This document shows, one piece after another, positions 17,974-26,291 of a stretch of DNA of 33,914 nucleotides. This stretch comes from a virus (Duplodnaviria; Caudoviricetes). The position numbers were made by a program, and so were the translations under genes. The stretch covers positions 1 to 33,914 of IMG/VR virus record IMGVR_UViG_3300027771_000002; one strand, given 5' to 3'. The notes beneath the pieces are model-generated. The model saw nothing but the letters and a program-made list of their open reading frames with translations, ran no database searches and was not told the DNA's origin. Every line of letters begins with the position of its first letter. Position 1 is the stretch's first letter.

Positions 17974-18111
17974 ATGAATCTCAAAAATGAGAACAAAATT
18001 CAAGACAAATTTGATAATCATAAACTAGATTTTACCGAAGTGTTCCTGTTTGGAATGTTTTTTGGCGCAGTTGCAATGCTCGTTGTGCAAAACATGATTT
18101 TGGGGCTTTGA
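17974..18111 (+). CDS. 45-aa membrane peptide (not in ORF track)
   Basis: TAAGGAG RBS; hydrophobic C-terminal stretch VFLFGMFFGAVAMLVV. Confidence 0.6.
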   Translation: MNLKNENKIQDKFDNHKLDFTEVFLFGMFFGAVAMLVVQNMILGL

Positions 18112-18317
18112 ACATGACAAGTATCGAAAAACGCATAAACACTGTTTTAGGCCACGACTTAGTTTTAGATTTTTACGAATCAATTGAAAAGTGTCGAGGC
18201 CAGCTAGATTGTATCAACGGCCATCCCGCAAAAAGCAACCAAACACAAGCTTATTACGATGGCTACGGTGAGCGCTTTGATATTGAACAAAACGAAACAC
18301 ATTGGAGCGAACAATGA
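18108..18317 (+). CDS. hypothetical protein
   Basis: 69-aa ORF coupled to its neighbours. Confidence 0.6.
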   Translation: MNMTSIEKRINTVLGHDLVLDFYESIEKCRGQLDCINGHPAKSNQTQAYYDGYGERFDIEQNETHWSEQ

Positions 18318-18886
18318 ATTCATCAGAAAACATTAACCACTTGGCTACAGCCTTATGTAAAGCCCAAGCGGCTATGGGCGGCGCCGTAAAAGGCTCAGCC
18401 AACTCATTTTACAAGTCATCCTATGCCGACCTGACAAGCGTGATAAAGGCCATCAAACAGCCCTTTGCTGATAACGATTTATCGTACACTCAATTCCCCA
18501 TTAGTGATGAAAATGGCATTGGTGTTGTCACCCGATTGATGCACAACAGCGGGCAGTTCATTGAGATGGGTTACACCCTACCAATCGTCAAGCGCGACCC
18601 ACAGGCTGCAGGGTCGGCATTAACATATGCTAGACGTTATGCTTTGCAGTCAATGGCTGGTATCCCTACCGCAGACGATGATGCAGAATCTGCTGTCATT
18701 CGGGGTGATGACAAAAAAAATGTAATCAGCGATGCCCAACTGTCGGCGCTGACCGACCTGCTCGACAGCACCAACGCAGATGTAGGAAAATTTTGTACCC
18801 ACTTCCAGATTGAATCAACAAAAGACCTTCTTGCTTTGCAGTTTGATCAGGCAATCGCCGCACTCGAAGCGAAGGCATCGAAGTGA
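18314..18886 (+). CDS. erf: ERF-family single-strand annealing protein
   Basis: YADL...LMHNSGQF...PQAAGSALTYARRYAL...DDDA. Confidence 0.9.
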   Translation: MNSSENINHLATALCKAQAAMGGAVKGSANSFYKSSYADLTSVIKAIKQPFADNDLSYTQFPISDENGIGVVTRLMHNSGQFIEMGYTLPIVKRDPQAAGSALTYARRYALQSMAGIPTADDDAESAVIRGDDKKNVISDAQLSALTDLLDSTNADVGKFCTHFQIESTKDLLALQFDQAIAALEAKASK

Positions 18887-19503
18887 TCATTTTAGACGAT
18901 GAGCAGGGTTCTCCTAGATGGCTGAAAAGTCGTTTAGGAAGGCCATCGGCAAGTATGTTTAGCAAGCTCGTTACTAGCACTGGTAAGCCGTCTGCAAGCG
19001 CAGAAAAGTATATAAACGACTTAGCTGCAGAAAGATTAACGGGCCGTTCAGAGCCGTTCTTTGTGTCTGATCACATGCAAAATGGCACCGACCGTGAGCC
19101 GTTTGCCCGAAAAGCTTATGAGTACATCACGGATTACGAAGTGCGCCAGGTAGGGTTTTGCCTCGACGATTCTGAGGAATTTGGCTGCAGCCCAGATGGA
19201 CTAATCCTTGCTGACAACTTGCGGTCGGGACTTGAAATAAAATGCCCGGCACCGGGAACGCATGTCGAATATATGCGCGATCCTCAAAAAGGCGTGACAA
19301 AATATTTTCAGCAAATCCAGGGTTGTATGTGGATCACAGATCGTCCTACTTGGGATTTCTTTTCTTGGCATCCTCAAATGCCGCACGTTCTTGTCACAGT
19401 CCCGCGAGATGACAAATTCATTGAGAAATTATCACAACAGGTTCACCTAGCCGTGAACACAATTAACGAAACCGTCGAAAAACATACCGGAGAAACAATA
19501 TGA
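18883..19503 (+). CDS. YqaJ/lambda exonuclease-family protein
   Basis: EQGSPRWLKSRLG...GCSPDGL...LEIKCP...YFQQIQGCMW. Confidence 0.9.
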   Translation: MIILDDEQGSPRWLKSRLGRPSASMFSKLVTSTGKPSASAEKYINDLAAERLTGRSEPFFVSDHMQNGTDREPFARKAYEYITDYEVRQVGFCLDDSEEFGCSPDGLILADNLRSGLEIKCPAPGTHVEYMRDPQKGVTKYFQQIQGCMWITDRPTWDFFSWHPQMPHVLVTVPRDDKFIEKLSQQVHLAVNTINETVEKHTGETI

Positions 19504-19850
19504 TAGTAGCAGTGAATTTTAGAGTAGATTTAAATAAGCTTGATCAGGCAAGACTATACGAAGGGAAAAATGGTAGCCGAACAGTCGATCTCACATGCTT
19601 TATTTCGCCAGAAGAGCCAGACCAGTACGGGCAGCATGGGGGCATTCAGCAAAGCACAACCAGTGAGGAACGTCTTGCAGGCATGAAAATGCCGTATGTC
19701 GGAAACGTCAAAGCCTTCTGGAGCGAAGGAGTGACAATTGTGAAAGAGGCACAGCCTGCATCTTTTACCACTCAGCAGACCGTTGCGCCAAAAACGAACT
19801 TTCAAGCGCCTGCAGCCGAGCCTGATTTTATAGATGATGTCCCGTTCTAA
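19500..19850 (+). CDS. putative single-stranded DNA-binding protein
   Basis: Acidic C-terminal DDVPF tail; follows ERF and the exonuclease. Confidence 0.65.
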   Translation: MIVAVNFRVDLNKLDQARLYEGKNGSRTVDLTCFISPEEPDQYGQHGGIQQSTTSEERLAGMKMPYVGNVKAFWSEGVTIVKEAQPASFTTQQTVAPKTNFQAPAAEPDFIDDVPF

Positions 19851-20128
19851 TGGATACTAAAACGCGGTGGTGGGACTGGCATAAGGCAAATCCTCAAGTT
19901 TATGAGTTGTTTGAAAGCTTCACGAAAACAGCCATTGACGCCGGGTTGCCCCATTCATCAGCCTGGCTTATTGTTAATCGGATAAGGTGGGAAACGGCAA
20001 TAGAGACAAAAGGTGATACCTTTAAAATCAGCAATGATTACATCGCTTATTACGCAAGGTTATTTATGAAATGGAACCCAGAGCATAACGGGTTTTTTAG
20101 GACTAAAAAATTAAAGGATGAAGGATAA
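19850..20128 (+). CDS. hypothetical phage protein
   Basis: 92 aa with HKANPQVY...RIRWE...FKISND..AYYARLF. Confidence 0.65.
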   Translation: MDTKTRWWDWHKANPQVYELFESFTKTAIDAGLPHSSAWLIVNRIRWETAIETKGDTFKISNDYIAYYARLFMKWNPEHNGFFRTKKLKDEG

Positions 20129-20313
20129 TGAACGACCAATTTGTGACGTTTGACGCGCTAAAGCATTTAACGGGGTACAAGCGCGATTCTGATGTGTCAA
20201 AGTGCCTAAAAAAACAAGGGATAGTCTGCTTTGCCGGGCGTAAAGGCCCGTGGACCACTATAGGCTTAATTGAGGCGGCACAAGGGCCGGAGAGAGAAGT
20301 TAATGCTGATTGA
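20128..20313 (+). CDS. DUF4224-like small DNA-binding protein
   Basis: LKHLTGYKR...LKKQGI...GPWTT pattern typical of integrase-adjacent genes. Confidence 0.55.
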   Translation: MNDQFVTFDALKHLTGYKRDSDVSKCLKKQGIVCFAGRKGPWTTIGLIEAAQGPEREVNAD

Positions 20314-20608
20314 TAAGACCAAATATTGTACGGATCACGGGGTTAAAGCTCACAAAGTCAGTAATTGGATGCAACGGCATTGGACAAAAGGATTGCATTA
20401 TTTTGTAATAGGCCGTACAACAATGATTGATACTGAGGAGGTTGAACGATGGATACGCCAAAATACCCCAGAGGAATTTACAAACATGGCGACAATTTGC
20501 GAATTAGAATCTGGAACAAAGGAAAAATTGCCTACCAAGAAACGATTTCGTGCGACCCATTCTCAAAAAGTGACATTCGGAGGGTGGCAAAACTCCGCGC
20601 AGAGTTAA
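20303..20608 (+). CDS. putative excisionase
   Basis: WTKGLHYFVIGRTTMIDTEEVERWI winged-helix Xis pattern; overlaps the 5' end of int. Confidence 0.6.
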   Translation: MLIDKTKYCTDHGVKAHKVSNWMQRHWTKGLHYFVIGRTTMIDTEEVERWIRQNTPEEFTNMATICELESGTKEKLPTKKRFRATHSQKVTFGGWQNSAQS

Positions 20609-21525
20609 GCGTAAAAATAGGGCTTGGTTTATCGTTTATCGAAGAATCTGCCCCTAGTGAGTTGCAGGCTTTTTCAGCCATGGCGCAAGAATATATTGAG
20701 ACACACACTGGCAAGTATTCAACCGTTTTAGGATATATAGGAATCCTTAACAAGTATTGGATTCCGCTTTTTGGCAAACACCCTTGCGTTGCCATTACAA
20801 AGCGAGAAATTAAACTGGCGTTAGCATCAATGGATGTTAAAAGCAAAACGCGAGATAACATCTTAGGCGTACTTAGAGGCGTATTAGATTACGCAGAAGT
20901 TCCTTTAAATCCTGCTGCACTTATCAAAGTAAAAAAACAACAATCTAAAGCTATTGAGCGATACACTCCAGAGGAGCGCGACAAAATATTAAATTGTTTT
21001 GTAGGGGACGTTTATGTGTATTTTGCTTTACTTTTTGGCTGTGGGTTGCGCCCAGGTGAAATAACAGGTTTGCTCAGAAATGATTTTGACGGAACTGATT
21101 GGCACGTTCATCGCCAAATTGTTCGCGGAAAAGTTGTAGAATCGACCAAAACTGCACATAGACGAAAAGTGTATGTCCCTGATTGGGTCAAAACCGCACT
21201 TAAAACTATTCCCCCAAGAATTGATAGTCCCTATTTTTTCGTTAATGACAACGGTGGATTTTTTAAAGATCAGAGGCATTTTAACAGGGCCTGGCTTAAA
21301 GCACATACGCGAAAGCAGATACATTATCGAAAACCATATTCCGCTAGACACACAAGAGCCGCTGAACTGTTGAGCATGGGTCTTTTAGCTCCAGATGCGG
21401 CAGTGCAACTAGGTCATTCTACTGCGGTATTTCTAAACACTTACTCTGAGTTTATTAATGAGTATGCAGCCAACCAAGACCCAAGAAGATTTGAGCCATT
21501 GCCAAGCACTGCCCATAAGCGTTAA
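20449..21525 (+). CDS. int: tyrosine integrase
   Basis: Arm-binding N-terminus; GLRPGE, STKT, YSARHT and QLGHS...TY supply the catalytic R-K-R-H-Y residues. Confidence 0.92.
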   Translation: MDTPKYPRGIYKHGDNLRIRIWNKGKIAYQETISCDPFSKSDIRRVAKLRAELSVKIGLGLSFIEESAPSELQAFSAMAQEYIETHTGKYSTVLGYIGILNKYWIPLFGKHPCVAITKREIKLALASMDVKSKTRDNILGVLRGVLDYAEVPLNPAALIKVKKQQSKAIERYTPEERDKILNCFVGDVYVYFALLFGCGLRPGEITGLLRNDFDGTDWHVHRQIVRGKVVESTKTAHRRKVYVPDWVKTALKTIPPRIDSPYFFVNDNGGFFKDQRHFNRAWLKAHTRKQIHYRKPYSARHTRAAELLSMGLLAPDAAVQLGHSTAVFLNTYSEFINEYAANQDPRRFEPLPSTAHKR

Positions 21526-21759
21526 TTAAAGTTCTTGGGCAGTTTTTTGGGCAGTGAATATGCGATTAATGACTCTCAGTGAGTGTTGAGAAAAACAAGA
21601 AGTGAGGTTCTATGCACCTTTCAACCGTCATTGGGAATCAGTGAGAGTCAATGTCGCGGGTTCAATCCCCGTCGTCCACCCCATTATTTCCCTATATAAA
21701 TCAATGACTTGCGGTTATTTTACTGAGAAAGATTGCTCTTTGGGCAGTTTTTGGGCAGT
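21508..21759. other. attP: attP region: tRNA-His 3' core, arm-type repeats and an IHF site
   Basis: TTGGGCAGT at 21535, 21547, 21740 and 21751, plus an inverted copy at 21508; IHF consensus AATCAATGACTTG at 21699-21711. Confidence 0.85.
21652..21683 (+). other. 3' fragment of tRNA-His (att core), not a full tRNA
   Basis: T-arm GCGGG-TTCAATC-CCCGT, acceptor 3' strand CGTCCAC, C discriminator, then CCA. Confidence 0.8.
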
Positions 21760-21778
21760 TTTGTTTTTTAGAAGAGCC

Positions 21779-22123
21779 TCAATAACACCATAAAACGGGT
21801 GTGGTCTTGCGGCTGTCTACATGCACAAATGTCTTCGCAACACCCACCGACATGCCCATAGAAAGAGCTTGTTTTACTATCGTTCTGCGCTCTACACCAT
21901 TCTGTACTTTGATGTCTGCAGCTAGTCCCTGGCAATGGGTTCCAGTGCCGGGCTTTTCTTTGTTGATTTCAGCCGAATGCGTGGCCGATCTATACCCAGA
22001 TGTGACCGTAAAACCAAATCCACAGCGGTCGCGTAGCTCGTCCAAAATCGCTAAAAACTCCTCGGACATTTCATTCTCGCCCGTTTCTTGGCAGTCAAAT
22101 TCTGACCGTGAAAAATACCTCAT
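21779..22123 (-). CDS. peptidase M15A endolysin
   Basis: VTSGYRS...H..GLAADI...FVHVD zinc-binding motifs. Confidence 0.85.
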   Translation of the reverse strand: MRYFSRSEFDCQETGENEMSEEFLAILDELRDRCGFGFTVTSGYRSATHSAEINKEKPGTGTHCQGLAADIKVQNGVERRTIVKQALSMGMSVGVAKTFVHVDSRKTTPVLWCY

Positions 22124-22557
22124 TCAATTACTCCAAATAGTTTAAATACAAGCCAGAGGCACAAAGGTAAAATCACAAGTCCACCTGTTCCCCACAAAAG
22201 CGCAGCCCAAAATAAGGCAATATTCTCGGCTCGTTTCTTTTTGCGTAGATGTTCTGCACGTTCTCGATTCCTTTTGCACTCGCTTTGGAATTTAAGCCAG
22301 TCCGAATGCATGTCTGCCCGTCCCGCGTAGATCATATATTCCTTCAACCAGGCTTCCTGCTCTTTTATCTTCTCAAGCTGCATGAAGCACTGCAGTTCTG
22401 TTTTGCCACCACCTTTGTTCGCTTTTTTGGCTATCAGGGACTTATTATCAAAGAATTTGGTAGCCTGGTCCGCTACATCATAAAGCTCCTTTCCGTTGCT
22501 TAGAGCGCCCTTAATGACCTGAAAAGCTGCATTGGCAGCAGCTATCTCGGCAAGCAT
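22120..22557 (-). CDS. membrane-anchored hypothetical protein in the lysis module
   Basis: 145 aa with a C-terminal transmembrane segment. Confidence 0.6.
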   Translation of the reverse strand: MLAEIAAANAAFQVIKGALSNGKELYDVADQATKFFDNKSLIAKKANKGGGKTELQCFMQLEKIKEQEAWLKEYMIYAGRADMHSDWLKFQSECKRNRERAEHLRKKKRAENIALFWAALLWGTGGLVILPLCLWLVFKLFGVIE

Positions 22558-22934
22558 TACCTTTCCCTCTGGACGCCTTTAACCTTCTCGGCGGTCCTCA
22601 TGGCCCCAAGACCTAACATGCCCATGAGTACACTTGTGAGAAGTGAACTGTCAACAGGTGGCACAACAACCCAGATGCCAATAATTGGCGCTAAAATCGT
22701 GGAATACAGTAAAGCAAATCCGCAAATCCAGCCGATTGCTGGCCTCCACCCGGCAACAAATAGGGATTTATGCGCCGCCTCTGTTGCATTGACCGTCAAC
22801 TGCCCTTTAGCAAGCTCTAAAGCATGTTTGTCGGCCATTGTTGCTAATTCAAAGGCTAGGGCATTCTTTTGATCTTTGTCCTCAATAAACTTGTCCAGAA
22901 GGCCCGTTACAGGCCCAATCAATGCAGATAGCAT
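22557..22934 (-). CDS. holin (GTA-type '3TM' family)
   Basis: VNATEAAHKSLFVAGWRPAIGWICG...LMGMLGLGAMRT.EK.KG. Confidence 0.8.
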   Translation of the reverse strand: MLSALIGPVTGLLDKFIEDKDQKNALAFELATMADKHALELAKGQLTVNATEAAHKSLFVAGWRPAIGWICGFALLYSTILAPIIGIWVVVPPVDSSLLTSVLMGMLGLGAMRTAEKVKGVQRER

Positions 22935-22950
22935 GGTTATGTCCTTTTGA

Positions 22951-23250
22951 TTACTTTCGCTCTAGCATCATCTTTATTAGCTGAGATAGGCGCTCATCAG
23001 AGGCTTGTGCAAGCTCTTCTTGACGCGACAATGAGTCAGCAATGTTCTTAATAGCCTGGGCGTTTAACGCGGTGCTAGTGGCGTTAGCATTTGATCTTTC
23101 GTATGTTCCCGCAATAATCTCGCTTATTCGCTCAATCTCTTTATCCGTAGCTTGTGCCTGGGCCTGCATAGCCCCATATCCGACACTAAACGACACTAAC
23201 GCCGCAACGATTGGCAACGACCAACCGGGTAACGTAATACTTGATGTCAT
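22951..23250 (-). CDS. membrane-anchored coiled-coil protein
   Basis: N-terminal transmembrane segment followed by a coiled coil; adjacent to the holin. Confidence 0.55.
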   Translation of the reverse strand: MTSSITLPGWSLPIVAALVSFSVGYGAMQAQAQATDKEIERISEIIAGTYERSNANATSTALNAQAIKNIADSLSRQEELAQASDERLSQLIKMMLERK

Positions 23251-23538
23251 TTAATAAGTTCCTTTCCATACCCTAAATGCATCAAATTCACCTGATAGCA
23301 TTTTCTTGCGAATTAGGTCTTTTTTAGCCTCGGTATCACTCCAAGACAAGCCAGCTTCTTTCATCCACTGAACGACGAGATGAATAGGTATTCTGCCGAC
23401 TAAACGATTCTCGCCAGTTTGCCCTAGCCCCTGATCTCTAATTTGTTTGGCTTCTTCAATATATACGTCATTGTCAAATGTCTTCTGAATTTCAATCCCT
23501 TTCTCGGTAGGAATAATCTTTTCTTTGATCAACATCAC
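23251..23538 (-). CDS. hypothetical protein downstream of the capsid gene
   Basis: 95 aa with RLVGRIP...W...G...FRVWKG; GGAG RBS. Confidence 0.65.
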   Translation of the reverse strand: MMLIKEKIIPTEKGIEIQKTFDNDVYIEEAKQIRDQGLGQTGENRLVGRIPIHLVVQWMKEAGLSWSDTEAKKDLIRKKMLSGEFDAFRVWKGTY

Positions 23539-23553
23539 TTTTCTCCAGACGAT

Positions 23554-23579
23554 AAAAAGCCCCCCCTTTCGGGGAGGCT
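23554..23579 (-). terminator. intrinsic terminator after the capsid gene
   Basis: AGCCTCCCC-GAAA-GGGGGGGCT followed by a T run. Confidence 0.85.
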
Positions 23580-23603
23580 AATTTACAGCGTAGTTACGTT
23601 ATT

Positions 23604-25070
23604 TTAAGAAACAGCTAGGTCAGCAATAAGACCGCTGGCAGCTTCATTCTTACATACTAAAGTAAGCTCCGTGACCACTTGACGAGTAGAGTTATCGCCA
23701 TTTTTGGCAAGTTCTACGTTCTTGGTTGGACGCAATACTGCTACGTTCCACATATCATTCTGAGCAATCAGAATGTCTCGACCGCGTATCAAGCGGCTTG
23801 GTTGAAATTCAACCGTTCCCCACATCTGTTATACAAAGGCTCTTTATCCTTTGCTCTCCGGATTTCCCCGGAGTATCGGACTATATCTTCACCCTCTAAG
23901 GGTGTCGCGCACTCGTGGGCCTTTACCGTCCCAAAGGGACTCCATGACCTAGTCTCTGAACCTTTACTACATTGCTGTAGCACTTGGCTGCTGATTGGCT
24001 TATCTTTACGACTTAGCTTTCCAGACAATTCACGCGATTATCTCTTGCCACTTACGCAGCAGAGGCCCAAAGGAATTTAGGCGTTACATACACATCTAGC
24101 GACTTAACTACTTTTGCATCACCAGCTTGAACAGTTGACCGCTGGTTGTTGTTTCCGGTGAAACCTACATCAGTTATGCAAAGGCTCTTTATCCCTTGCT
24201 CTCCGAATTTCCTCGGAGTGTCGGACTATATCTTCATCCCGGTGGGATGTTGCGCGCTCGTGTGTCTTTATTGACTGTTCTAGTCTCAATGACTTAGTCT
24301 CTGAACCTTACTGCCGTCCCCGACAGTCTTGGCTGCTGATTGGCATATCTTTCGACTTAGCTTTCCAGCAATTCACGCAATTATCTTTTTTAGATTGCTC
24401 TAAAAAGGCCCAAGGGAATTTAGGCAATGTTCATTTGATAAGGAGACAGATAAACAGTATCTGGTTGCCCACCAGCAGTCCAAATGCTCTGCATAGTTGC
24501 ATCAAAGATAGCCTGCGTAAGATCACGAGGAGTACCGTCATCTGTACGAGCGCCGCCAGTACCATTTGGAGCCGCACCAGAATTACCAGACGCAAAGCTG
24601 TCATTAGTAGTTAACCAAATTGGCGCACCACCTAGCTCACGAGCAGCGCTTGCACTACCTGCGACTACAGCGTTATTGGCGAATAGTGCCAACTCTATAT
24701 CAAGTTTTTGCTCTTTGGCGACCTTAACTACTTGATATGCCATCTCGCTATTCTTACCTGCTTTTGACAAGCCTGCATCAGTATCAGGAACGACTACTGC
24801 GTTCTTGAAAATCTGAGTCCGATTCCCAAGCCGGGTAGTAGCTGAACGAGCTTCTGCACTCGTTGCATCCCCTTCGATGTGAGCATTCGCGGCAGCGGAT
24901 CGCAATGAGTCAGTTTGATACTCATGCAAAGTTGCAGTTGCTTTTGTTTTTTTACAAGCAGAAAAAAACGGGGTGTCTTCTGGACTCACCGATTCTATAA
25001 TTCCACTTAGGTCTTCTTTTATCGAATTTGATCCATCGTAGGAGTCAAACGTATTTGATGGTTGTGCCAT
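23604..25070 (-). CDS. major capsid protein (DUF5309/SU10-like), three exons: 25070-24422, 24167-24079, 23822-23604; 318 aa spliced
   Basis: Follows the scaffold gene; N-terminal EDLS.II..VSP.DTPF...HEYQTD.L...NRTQIF. Exon lengths 649+89+219=957 nt give a continuous ...MNIA|LGFTGNNNQRSTVQAGDAKVVKSLDVYVTP|WGTVEF... Confidence 0.9.
23823..24078 (-). ncRNA. group I intron 2 (256 nt, ORF-less, probably subgroup IA)
   Basis: P AATTGTCTGGAAAG, Q AATCAGCAG, R GTTCAGAGACTA, S AAGATATAGTCC; P1 GCCU/GGGC with a U-G pair; terminal G; stem-loop insertion between P7 and P3'. Confidence 0.93.
24168..24421 (-). ncRNA. group I intron 1 (254 nt, ORF-less, probably subgroup IA)
   Basis: P AATTGCTGGAAAG, Q AATCAGCAG, R GTTCAGAGACTA, S AAGATATAGTCC; P3 TTGCGTG/CGCGCAA; P8 CATCCC/GGGATG; P9 with a GAAA loop; terminal G. 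Confidence 0.95.
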
Positions 25071-25090
25071 GATAATTTCCTCAAGAAATG

Positions 25091-26053
25091 TTAACTGCCC
25101 AAGATTAACGCGACTGCGTCATCAATTGAGCCACTGGTTTTAAGTCGGTTCTGTTTATTACGAATTTCTTTAGCGCCTAACTTAACTTTCTTTGATCCTG
25201 CTTTTAACGGCTGCGTTCTCTTTTTGTGAGTTGCTTTTTCAACTGCCTTGCTTTTGCCTGCCACAATTTCACGATACTTTCTCGCGTCTTCCAAAACTCT
25301 TATTGCCCTATGGTCCACAATCGTCGATATCTCATCCGGGGAGTACCCATATTCATTACCAACCGCAAGCATCTGCTCTTTCATCACTTTGCCCTTATCA
25401 GGATCACGAAGATCAGGCATGATTTCGAGGAGCTTAGACATCTCTTGGTTACGATGTGCTTCTAGAGCTAAATTCTGGGCATGTGCCTGGTCATTAGCGA
25501 CTTGTTGATACTGCTGCATTTCACCTTGGTAGGTCTGCATATCATGCTCAAATCTTGCGTTTGCTTCGACGTACCCGATGGGATCGGTGTCTAGCATGGC
25601 GAGGTCTGGCTTAATAGGCTGACGAGCTGCGCCTCCATTTTGCAGTTTCGCAAAAAGGTCTGTCACTTGCTGACGAGATTCAAGTAATGCGTTGTAAACG
25701 TCTTCAGTTTGCTTTCGCGCTTGAGCGTTTTCCTGCATTCCTTTTTTAATGAACTGTTGACCTGAAAACCCTTGCTTGAGTTCTTCGAGAGTTACAGCCT
25801 TTTCCTCACCATCAATTTTGACAGTGTAAGACTGGCTCTCCTGAACGGCATCGTCTTCGTCCTCACCTTCATCTTCATCCTCATCTTGTTCATCTTCATC
25901 TTCATCTTCATCCTGCGACTCAGGCTCCGGGCTTTCGCTATCGTCTTCGGTATACTCTACCTCTTCCTCAAGTTCAGCTTGTTCGGGTTGCTCTAAAAGC
26001 AGTTCTGCGGCACTTTCGATGCTGCCGTCCATCATAGGTTCAGTCGTTTCCAC
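25091..26053 (-). CDS. capsid scaffolding protein
   Basis: Very acidic N-terminus, YTVKIDGEEKAVTLEELK.G, coiled coil, C-terminal RLKTSGSIDDA; AAGGA RBS before the GTG at 26053. Confidence 0.85.
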   Translation of the reverse strand: METTEPMMDGSIESAAELLLEQPEQAELEEEVEYTEDDSESPEPESQDEDEDEDEQDEDEDEGEDEDDAVQESQSYTVKIDGEEKAVTLEELKQGFSGQQFIKKGMQENAQARKQTEDVYNALLESRQQVTDLFAKLQNGGAARQPIKPDLAMLDTDPIGYVEANARFEHDMQTYQGEMQQYQQVANDQAHAQNLALEAHRNQEMSKLLEIMPDLRDPDKGKVMKEQMLAVGNEYGYSPDEISTIVDHRAIRVLEDARKYREIVAGKSKAVEKATHKKRTQPLKAGSKKVKLGAKEIRNKQNRLKTSGSIDDAVALILGS

Positions 26054-26291
26054 GTTGCTGTTTTCCTTTTTGTTTATCGTTAACCGCATCGTTCAGCAAA
26101 GCTGCGTTGATTTTGGTTTCGATGGTGGTAAGCGCATCAATTAAGTTTCGCGCTTGGTTGATCGCCTCATCGTCACGAGACTGGTTTAAAAAGACGCCAA
26201 TGGCATCATTTCTAACATCTTCAAAAAGCTCCTTAAAGACATCGTCTTTTGCAAGACGGTCATATCTTTGCGCCTTTTCTTTTATATTCAA
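26040..26291 (-). CDS. small helical protein between portal and scaffold
   Basis: 83-aa ORF overlapping both neighbours. Confidence 0.65.
   Translation of the reverse strand: MNIKEKAQRYDRLAKDDVFKELFEDVRNDAIGVFLNQSRDDEAINQARNLIDALTTIETKINAALLNDAVNDKQKGKQQRGND

Noticed and set aside
21610-21683. Complete phage tRNA gene
   Set aside because: No 5' acceptor strand, D-arm or anticodon arm upstream; only the 3' part is present.
23789-24028. 79-aa ORF within intron 2 as a homing endonuclease
   Set aside because: It runs through the ribozyme core, has no HNH, GIY-YIG or LAGLIDADG motif, and is too short.
23604-25070. Capsid as a pseudogene, two separate genes or a frameshifted gene
   Set aside because: Canonical group I splice sites restore one exact frame. 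The ATG at 23825 is simply the intron's last three bases.
25850-25912. TCATCT-type microsatellite
   Set aside because: It encodes the Asp/Glu tract of the scaffold protein.
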